Shown: positions 57,018-64,000 of the stretch, piece by piece | Position numbering within the stretch: position 1 is the first letter of the stretch | Layout of the letters: each line of letters starts with the position of its first letter | DNA from: Sphingomonadaceae bacterium | Lineage (GTDB): Bacteria > Chloroflexota > UBA6077 | DNA length: 64,000 bases | NCBI GenBank assembly: GCA_050261575.1 | Contig: JBLNDL010000033.1 | Coordinates: 1-64,000 of the forward strand | Direction of reading: 5' to 3' | The notes under the pieces: generated by a model | Database searches by the model: none | The model's input: only the letters and a program-made list of their open reading frames with translations | Told to the model about the DNA's origin: nothing | Translations under genes and position numbers: made by a program

Positions 57018-57962
57018 CTAGCTTCCCGGCCCTGGGCTTTGGAGGCCGAGCATGAGCGCGCCGGGGACCTCTTTCGAGAGAGCCACCACGTCGTTCCGGT
57101 CGAGCAGGCCTCTCTCCGTGATGTAGCCTGTGAGGTATCGAGTCGGGGTGACGTCGAAGGCGACGTTGCGGGCCACTACGCCCGGGATCGGCTCCGGTAG
57201 AATCGCCCGGGAGTCCCTCTCCTCCGGAGGGAGGCGTTTGCCGCGCTCCTCCCATGGGGCTATCTTGTGGGTTTCCGCGAGGGCATAGAAGGGCACCCGG
57301 CAGCGGCGCGCCGCCAATGCCAGCAGCAGGGTGCCGGTCCCGTTCACCAGGGCGCCGTTGGGCCGGATCGTGCCGGCCCCGACCAGGGCGGCACCCGCCT
57401 CCGGGGCGAAGATCCCGACCTCGGCGTCTGTGATCAGCGTGGTGGGGATCCCCCTCGCCGCCAAGGCGGCTGCCGTCTTCCACCCCTCGCATCGTGGCCG
57501 GGACTCGGCCACCGTAACCCCGCTGATCACTCCGCGAGCCCAGCACTCCTTCAGGGCGTGGAGGACGGTGGAGGAGTAGCCGAGGGTGATGACGATTCCG
57601 GTCACCACCTCGGCTGCGTGATCGGCGATGACGGAGAGAGAGCTGTCCTGCCTCGCGATCCACCTTCTGGCCTCATCCGCCGCGGCTGCCCTGGCTGCCC
57701 CCACGTTGTGGGCCCCGCCCGCCTCCAACCAAGCGGCGAGCACCGCAGCGACCCCGTTGGACAGCGAGGCAACGCTGGGGCGGGCTATGCCCAGTCCGCG
57801 GGCAGTGTCCAGGAAGAGGTCGGCGAAGCTGTCGTTGGGCAGGGCGGGGTCGGTGGCCATCTCTCCCAGCAGCTCCAAGGCCCGCCGTGCTAGGCCGGTG
57901 GCCCCCATCTCCTCCTCTTCACGAATCGCCTCGACGCGGCTGGCGATCTCCTGGACGTTCAT
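57018..57962 (-). CDS. eIF-2B alpha/beta/delta family protein (sugar-phosphate isomerase-like)
   Basis: ARPS, YSSTV, ESRP..EG, LVGA, NG.GT, FDVTP, ITE.G. Confidence 0.85.
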   Translation of the reverse strand: MNVQEIASRVEAIREEEEMGATGLARRALELLGEMATDPALPNDSFADLFLDTARGLGIARPSVASLSNGVAAVLAAWLEAGGAHNVGAARAAAADEARRWIARQDSSLSVIADHAAEVVTGIVITLGYSSTVLHALKECWARGVISGVTVAESRPRCEGWKTAAALAARGIPTTLITDAEVGIFAPEAGAALVGAGTIRPNGALVNGTGTLLLALAARRCRVPFYALAETHKIAPWEERGKRLPPEERDSRAILPEPIPGVVARNVAFDVTPTRYLTGYITERGLLDRNDVVALSKEVPGALMLGLQSPGPGS

Positions 57963-58050
57963 CCCTTGGCAGCTTCCCTTCCTTGCGATAGTATCGTGCT
58001 GGCACGGTCTGAGCAGGAAGAGTACCCGAGGGAGAGCCCGAGCGGGAGCG

Positions 58051-58338
58051 ATGTCGACCACCGAGACCACTACCACACCCGAGACGGGGCAGCGGCGTCA
58101 GTTGCTGCCTCCCTACGCGGTCATCCTGCACAACGACGACGTGAACGAGATGGGCTACGTCGCCATGGTGCTGGTGAAGAGCGTGCCCGGCCTGACCACC
58201 GAGCGAGCGGTGGAGATCATGCTGACGGCGCACTTTCAGGGGCGGGCGGTGGTGATCGTGTGCCCGCTGGAGCTGGCGGAGCTGTATCGGGAGCGGCTCG
58301 AGGGGCACGGCCTGACGGCTACCATCGAGAAGGCGTAG
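58051..58338 (+). CDS. clpS: ATP-dependent Clp protease adaptor
   Basis: 'Y.VILHNDDVN...YV', 'IM..AH..G.A.V'. Confidence 0.92.
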   Translation: MSTTETTTTPETGQRRQLLPPYAVILHNDDVNEMGYVAMVLVKSVPGLTTERAVEIMLTAHFQGRAVVIVCPLELAELYRERLEGHGLTATIEKA

Positions 58339-58665
58339 CGGGGGGAGGTGGGGGCCGCCCGAGCCCTGGCCCTGCAACGTGCCCCTATCCCGACCCTCTC
58401 CCAGAGGGAGAGGGAGCATTGGTGACCGCCTCTCCCCTGGGGGCCGCCTGCAGGCGGGTGAGGGCCGCGCCCCCGACTCAGCAGGCCCACCGTTGACATA
58501 AGGTCCAGCTTGACCTGTTCCTCCCCTTCGGGTATATTCTCCAGGCTGTCCCGCGGACGGCCTCGTTTGATTCCCCATGCAAGTCGAGGGCGCACTCCCA
58601 CGCCGGCCGTCGCCAGTTGACGATATACTTCAGTGTGGGCAGCTATCCTTCGTAATTGGTGAGCC

Positions 58666-60243
58666 ATGAGAGTACTGGTAAGCGATCCGGTGGCCAACGA
58701 CGGAGTCGACTACCTGCGGCAGTACGCCGAGGTCGACCTGAAGACCGGTCTGAGTCCGGAGGAGTTGATTCGGATCATTCCGGGCTACGACGCCCTGGTG
58801 GTGCGGAGCGAAACGAAGGTGACGGCCGAGGTGGTCGAAGCCGGAGCGCGGCTCCAGGTGATCGGGCGGGCCGGCGTTGGCATCGACAACATAGACGTGG
58901 CCGCGGCGACGCGGCGGGGCATCGTGGTGGTGAACGCGCCAACCGGCAACAACATCGCGGCAGCCGAGCACACGATCGGTATGATGCTGGCCGTGGCCCG
59001 CAACATCCCCCAGGCGCACCTCTCTCTCCGAGCCGGGAAGTGGCAGCGTTCCAAGTTCATGGGGGTGGAGCTGAGAAACAAGCTGCTGGGGGTGGTCGGA
59101 CTGGGGAAGATCGGGACGGAGGTGGCCCGGCGCGCCCAGGGGTTGGAGATGCAGGTCATCGCGTTCGACCCCTACCTGTCGGCCGAGCACGCGAAGAAGC
59201 TGGGCATCGAGGCGGTGACCCTGGACGATCTGCTACGGCGGGCAGACTTCGTGACTGTGCACGTGCCTTTGACTCAGCAGACCCGGGGGCTGATCGGGGC
59301 GGAGCAGTTGCGCAGGATGAAGCCTACGGCCAGGCTGATCAACTGCGCCCGTGGTGGCGTGGTCGACGAGGCGGCATTGCTGAATGCCCTGGACGAAGGG
59401 GTCATCGCCGGGGCGGCCCTCGACGTCTTCGCCCAGGAGCCTCCCCCTGCGGATAGCCCCCTGCTGTGCCACGACAAGGTGGTGGTGACCCCTCACCTGG
59501 CGGGGTCCACGGTGGAGGCGCAGGTGGGGGTGGCTCTGGATGTGGCGGAGCAGATAGTTGCGGTCCTGCGGGGCCAGTCTGCCCGATACGCGGTAAACGC
59601 CCCGGTGATCCTACCGGAGGCGATGTCGGTGCTCGGTCCCTACATGGAGCTGGCGGGGAAGCTCGGCAGCATGGCCACCCAGCTCTCCGAGGGGCAGCTT
59701 CGCTCCATCGAGGTCACCTACGCTGGGGAGATAGCGGAGCTGGAGACCGCGCCCCTCAAGGCGATGGTGATCAAGGGGTTGCTGCAGCCGGTGCTGGCCG
59801 AGGAGATCAATCTGGTCAACGCGACGGTCATCGCCAAGAGTCGTGGCCTGAACGTGGTGGAGCGGAAGACGGGCCAGGTGAACAACTACAGCAACCTCAT
59901 CACCATCCAGCTCGACACCGATCGTTCCTCTCACATCGTGGCGGGTACGGCGATGCTGGGCGAGCCCCATCTGGTGCGCGTGGACAAGTATTGGGTGGAC
60001 GTGGTGCTGGCCGGCGGCACCATGCTGTTCAGCTACCACCGAGACCGGCCCGGCATGATCGGCCACGTGGGGACGGTGCTGGGCAAGGCGAACGTCAACA
60101 TCTCTTTCATGTCGGTGGGCCGGCTGGCGCCCAAGGGCGAATCGCTGATGGTGATCGGTGTCGATGATCCGGTGGGGCCTGCCCTCGTGGAGAAGCTGCT
60201 GGCAGTACCCGACATCTACGCGATCCGTGTGGCGAGGATCTGA
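58666..60243 (+). CDS. serA: D-3-phosphoglycerate dehydrogenase
   Basis: GRAGVGIDN, GLGKIG, INCARG, TPHL; C-terminal ACT 'DRPGMIG'. Confidence 0.96.
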   Translation: MRVLVSDPVANDGVDYLRQYAEVDLKTGLSPEELIRIIPGYDALVVRSETKVTAEVVEAGARLQVIGRAGVGIDNIDVAAATRRGIVVVNAPTGNNIAAAEHTIGMMLAVARNIPQAHLSLRAGKWQRSKFMGVELRNKLLGVVGLGKIGTEVARRAQGLEMQVIAFDPYLSAEHAKKLGIEAVTLDDLLRRADFVTVHVPLTQQTRGLIGAEQLRRMKPTARLINCARGGVVDEAALLNALDEGVIAGAALDVFAQEPPPADSPLLCHDKVVVTPHLAGSTVEAQVGVALDVAEQIVAVLRGQSARYAVNAPVILPEAMSVLGPYMELAGKLGSMATQLSEGQLRSIEVTYAGEIAELETAPLKAMVIKGLLQPVLAEEINLVNATVIAKSRGLNVVERKTGQVNNYSNLITIQLDTDRSSHIVAGTAMLGEPHLVRVDKYWVDVVLAGGTMLFSYHRDRPGMIGHVGTVLGKANVNISFMSVGRLAPKGESLMVIGVDDPVGPALVEKLLAVPDIYAIRVARI

Positions 60244-60265
60244 TAGCTCTATTGAGGTTGTTCTC

Positions 60266-60862
60266 GTGGACAGACTGCGCGAGTTCTGGCACTGGTTCGA
60301 TCAACTGAGTGACGTGAAGAAGGTGGCCGCTGGCTCCGCCGTGACGCTCTTTCTCTTCGCCTCGTGGCTGTACACCCTGGGGTTCTTGGGCCTGGCAGCC
60401 TCGGCTCGACAGGCGCAGGCGCGGCCCGAGTCCACTCCGCTGGCGACGCCGCCCGTTGCCAGCCCCACGGCAGTGGCTCCGGCTGCCCGCGCCACCCTGC
60501 CCCCGGCTACCCCTGGAGCCCCCGAGCCCACCTCCTCCATCTACCATCCGGTCCCGCCGCCGCCCACCCCGAGACCCTACGTGCAGCCCACTGCTCGAAC
60601 CGTACCCACCAGGACTCCAACACCCCAACCTTCGAAGACGGTGTCCCCGCAGGCCACGAAGAGTGCGACTCCCGGTGTAGGGACTCCTGCGCCCACCGGC
60701 TCCGTTCCCACGCCGACGAGGCAAGGGGTCCCTCTGGTGACCCCGGGTATCCCCCCCACGTCGCAGCCCGGAGCGGCGACCCCAACGCCGACCCATCGGG
60801 CAGCGACTCCCACCGCCACGATGGTGCCCACAACCGCCACGCCGACGGCTACCTCGCGTTAG
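60266..60862 (+). CDS. Membrane-anchored Pro/Thr-rich hypothetical protein
   Basis: One TM followed by PT/ATP repeats. Confidence 0.65.
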   Translation: MDRLREFWHWFDQLSDVKKVAAGSAVTLFLFASWLYTLGFLGLAASARQAQARPESTPLATPPVASPTAVAPAARATLPPATPGAPEPTSSIYHPVPPPPTPRPYVQPTARTVPTRTPTPQPSKTVSPQATKSATPGVGTPAPTGSVPTPTRQGVPLVTPGIPPTSQPGAATPTPTHRAATPTATMVPTTATPTATSR

Positions 60863-60879
60863 CTTGGAGGGTCTGAAGA

Positions 60880-61590
60880 ATGGTGTCCGAATTGGAGTTG
60901 CCCAAGGCGGGTCACGGGAACGTCGCGGTGACCCTGGAGATGGTCAGGTCGAATCCTGCGATCCGCTGCTACCTGGAGGCCGCCGACCAGCAGGCCATCT
61001 TGAAGGGCTACACCGAGCACGGGCTGCGCCACGCCAACCTGGTGTCGACGGTCACCCAAAGCATTCTGATGCAGTTGCAGGCGCCGCCCCGCCGGATCGA
61101 GCTGGGCGCCATCGCGGGTTACATCCACGACGTTGGGAACCTCGTGGGGCGCGAGTGGCACAGCTCCAGCGGGGGGACCATCGCTTTGGGGCTGCTCCAG
61201 CAACTGGGGATGGCGCCCGAGGAGATCGCCGTGGTGGTGCCGGCCATCGCCAACCACGACGAGCGTCACGGGGAACCGGTCAGCGACGTCAGCGCCGCGC
61301 TGATCCTGGCCGACAAGTCCGACGTCCATCGCAGCCGAGTCCGGAACCCCAATCCCGCAACCTTCGACAACCACGACCGCGTGAACTACGCCGCGCGCCG
61401 CAGTTTCGTGCGGGTAGACGTCAAGAAGCGAGTGATAGCCTACGAGCTGGCGATCGAGACCGAGTTTCTCCCCGGGGGCGTACTAGACTATTTCGAGATC
61501 TTCCTCCCCCGCATGTTGATAGCGCGGAGGTCCGCCGAGTTCCTGAAATGCCAGTTCGAGATGGTCATCAACAACACCAGGGTGTTCTGA
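60880..61590 (+). CDS. HD-domain phosphohydrolase
   Basis: GYTEH..RH, IHDVGN, NHDE, LADKSDVHRSRV. Confidence 0.9.
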   Translation: MVSELELPKAGHGNVAVTLEMVRSNPAIRCYLEAADQQAILKGYTEHGLRHANLVSTVTQSILMQLQAPPRRIELGAIAGYIHDVGNLVGREWHSSSGGTIALGLLQQLGMAPEEIAVVVPAIANHDERHGEPVSDVSAALILADKSDVHRSRVRNPNPATFDNHDRVNYAARRSFVRVDVKKRVIAYELAIETEFLPGGVLDYFEIFLPRMLIARRSAEFLKCQFEMVINNTRVF

Positions 61591-61657
61591 GCAACCACCC
61601 ACAGAGCGGTACAGATCCTGCCCGATCCCCGTCTGAGACTTGCCGAAGGGGTGAAGG

Positions 61658-62119
61658 ATGGGTGCGCGCGGGGAGATCTCTGGCGGGGAGCGGGCTGCCC
61701 GATGGGCGATAGTTGGGCTGTCGCTGCTGGGGGCGGCCGATGCGCTCTACATGCTCTCCTACACAGGGGGATTGCTGAAGAGACTGGCCTGCCCCTTCTT
61801 CGGTGAGGGGTGCGAGATAGTGGGGCGGTCTTCCCATGCCAGCCACTTCGGGGTCCCCAACGCGGCCGTGGGGGCGGTGGGCTACGCCGCCATGGCGGCG
61901 TTGGCGCTCTGGGCGGGGGACAGGCCGCTGGAGCGCCGTCCCTGGCCCTCCCTGGGGCTGGCCTTCACCTCGCTGTCGGCCTTCGTAGCCAGCGTCTACC
62001 TCACCTGGGAGCAGGCCGCCAAGGTCGGGGCCTGGTGCTTCTGGTGCATCACCTCGGCCGCCATCAACGTCCTCATCCTTCCCCTGGCCCTCCGGGGGGT
62101 GCGTGCCGTCCGTCTCTAG
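61658..62119 (+). CDS. Vitamin K epoxide reductase family protein
   Basis: Loop cysteines C-x6-C, 'GVPNA..G', CFWC in the last TM. Confidence 0.9.
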   Translation: MGARGEISGGERAARWAIVGLSLLGAADALYMLSYTGGLLKRLACPFFGEGCEIVGRSSHASHFGVPNAAVGAVGYAAMAALALWAGDRPLERRPWPSLGLAFTSLSAFVASVYLTWEQAAKVGAWCFWCITSAAINVLILPLALRGVRAVRL

Positions 62120-62129
62120 GAACCTGTCC

Positions 62130-62212
62130 GGCAACCACAACGGCACAAAGACACGAAGGTGCGCCGAGGCCACTACTCGGTCTCACTTCGTGCCCTTCGT
62201 GTCTTCGTGGCC
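62130..62212. repeat. Imperfect inverted repeat of CACGAAG-type units between convergent genes
   Basis: CACAAAGACACGAAG versus CTTCGTGCCCTTCGTGTCTTCGTGG; may act as a terminator. Confidence 0.5.
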
Positions 62213-62247
62213 AGGTTCTCGGATAGGCTCCGGGGCTTGGGCCGGCT

Positions 62248-62826
62248 CTACCTGTTCGACCAGGATTGCGGGGACCAACTGTCGTTGTAGATGTAGCGGG
62301 ACACCATATCCAGGGTGGTCTGCACCTCGTCGTGGCGACGGGCGTTCTCCAGGGCGATGGCGCCCAGGTTGGCAACGGCCTCCACGAACTCGATGTCGTC
62401 GGTTCCGAACTCCCGGGGCAAGTCGGTGTAGACTCGCATGACCCCGATCACCTGGCCCCTGAGCCGCATCGGTACCGAGAGGATGGAGGCGATGCCCTCC
62501 TGGACGTTCTGGGGGCCGTACTGGACCCGTGGATCGCTGCCGGCATCCAGCACCGCCACGGAACGGCCCTCCAGTGCCTCCGCCATGCTTCGGTCCACGT
62601 TGACCGGTCCCTTCCGAATGTACCAGTCGCTGAGGCCGTAGTCCACGCCGTGGCGCAACTCGCGGCGGTCCGGGCTGAGGAGCATGATCGAACATGCCTT
62701 GGTCCCCAATGCCTGGGCGGTGCTCTGGACTATGGCCTTCAGCACGTCCTTCGGCTGGAGGCTGGAATTGACGGTGACAGCCACCTCGTAGAGGGCGCGA
62801 AAGTAGCAGGTCTCTTTGGCATCCAT
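62248..62826 (-). CDS. Stand-alone GAF domain protein
   Basis: 'SSL....VL..IV', 'SILSVPM....VIGVMRVY......F...D', 'AIALENAR'. Confidence 0.88.
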   Translation of the reverse strand: MDAKETCYFRALYEVAVTVNSSLQPKDVLKAIVQSTAQALGTKACSIMLLSPDRRELRHGVDYGLSDWYIRKGPVNVDRSMAEALEGRSVAVLDAGSDPRVQYGPQNVQEGIASILSVPMRLRGQVIGVMRVYTDLPREFGTDDIEFVEAVANLGAIALENARRHDEVQTTLDMVSRYIYNDSWSPQSWSNR

Positions 62827-63215
62827 CACGAGCTCCTTCTCCGTCTCGATCTGGTCCAGGTTTCCCCGGGCCTGCGGATGTTCATCCCATCGCCACACTC
62901 TTCGGCTTCTCTCGGCCGGGGCGATGCCGGGGATCGCCGGGACAGCAGCTAAGACCACGATCAGACTTGGAACCGGCTACTCTTTCTCCAACGGTCCTCC
63001 CTTCGCTGATATCGCCGAGCCTGAGCGCGGCGTTCCTTGAAAGCGACGCCTGTAGGGCACGACACACGTAATGCGAGCGGGCGCGGCGTCACGTATGCCC
63101 CGCCGCCGGATGCGTCCGATGGGCTGGGCGGCAGGGGATGAACCCCGCCCCAACCATCGAGTTCGCGGAACGGCGAGCTTAGTAGGTCGCCAGTATAGCA
63201 TTTGCTGTTTTTGCG

Positions 63216-63289
63216 CCAAGCAGTTATCTCCAGTTCATGTCAACTGCTCTAGCGGGAAACGTGTACTCTGCCTAGAGATATCCGCTTAG
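63216..63289. other. Structured non-coding element, copy 2
   Basis: Homologous to 55306-55378. Confidence 0.6.
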
Positions 63290-63570
63290 TAGGCCGGTCG
63301 CAAGCGCTGTCTCGCGGGCTCTTGTCCACGAAATTATCGAATTATCCACAAAAACATCCACAAGCGGCGATCCTAAGAAGGTGGTGGTGGCGGACGATCC
63401 CGTCGATAGCGGCTCCCTGATCGGCGAAGACGCTGGGGTTTCCGAAGGTCCACGATGAGAGTAGTAGCAAGACAAGTGCCGTTTCGCGTTGACCGCTGCC
63501 ACTACCAGGACCTACAATGCCGCAGTTGTAGCCTCGCTAGTCCCCCATTCGCTTAACGAGGTGCTCAAAG

Positions 63571-64000
63571 GTGAGACTGTACGAGTTTGAGGGTAAGAAG
63601 CTTCTCCAGCAGAACGGTATTCCGGTGCCGCGAGGCCAGCTAGCCACGAGTCCCGAGGAGGCGGCTGTGGCCGCGGCCGCCCTCGGCGACCGGGCGGTGG
63701 TCAAGGCCCAACTCCTGGTAGGTGGTCGCGGCAAGGCGGGGCTGGTGAAGCTGGTGTCCGGCCGCAGGGAGGCTGCGGACACAGCGGCCAGGATCTTGGA
63801 GTCGAGCCTGGGGGGCCAGAGGGTCCAGAGCGTCCTGGTCGAGGAGCAGTTGTCGATATCGAGGGAGTTGTACGTCAGCCTCTCCGTGGACCGGTTGGCC
63901 GGGTGTCCACTCATCCTGGCATGTGCCGAAGGGGGCGTGGAGATCGAGGAAGTCGCCAGGACCCGTCCCGAGGCGGTCATCCGCCACCACGTGGACGTGT
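63571..64000 (+). CDS. sucC: Succinyl-CoA synthetase beta subunit family protein (partial, runs off the window)
   Basis: MRLYEFEGK, VVKAQ...GGRGKAG.V, VLVEE, ELYVS, GGVEIEE; upstream TTGACC-18 nt-TACAAT. Confidence 0.88.
   Translation, partial: MRLYEFEGKKLLQQNGIPVPRGQLATSPEEAAVAAAALGDRAVVKAQLLVGGRGKAGLVKLVSGRREAADTAARILESSLGGQRVQSVLVEEQLSISRELYVSLSVDRLAGCPLILACAEGGVEIEEVARTRPEAVIRHHVDV

Noticed and set aside
1..64000. tRNA, rRNA, transposase, integrase or prophage genes
   Set aside because: None recognisable by eye

Overview
This is a high-GC bacterial chromosomal window, probably from a monoderm Chloroflexota-like organism (inferred from protein styles, not established). From left to right it holds: (1) 207-14671, a minus-strand c-di-GMP-linked surface-polysaccharide operon with two proteins sharing an unknown C-terminal domain, a 57-aa membrane protein, a GT2 synthase carrying six MshEN-type repeats, three GT-C-like membrane proteins, a BcsB-like protein and a degenerate GGDEF protein; (2) a NarL-type two-component cluster with a frameshifted kinase remnant; (3) panD, an ArsM double-methyltransferase fusion, acr3, DtxR-FeoA/feoB/feoC, a lipoate ligase, Lrp and ccdA-tlpA; (4) a MoxR/DUF58/vWA/ABC operon; (5) 43125-51380, a lasso-like RiPP locus; (6) housekeeping genes (tyrS, pncA, clpS, serA, partial sucC). 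The RiPP locus is the strongest candidate for an undescribed system. It has two tiny precursors missed by the ORF track, with canonical lasso leaders but cores that cannot form a canonical lasso ring, plus RRE, B2 protease, kinase, nucleotidyltransferase and ABC exporter, and no lasso cyclase in the window. A ~73-nt structured non-coding element occurs twice (55306 and 63216). All calls come from reading motifs by eye; no database searches were run.
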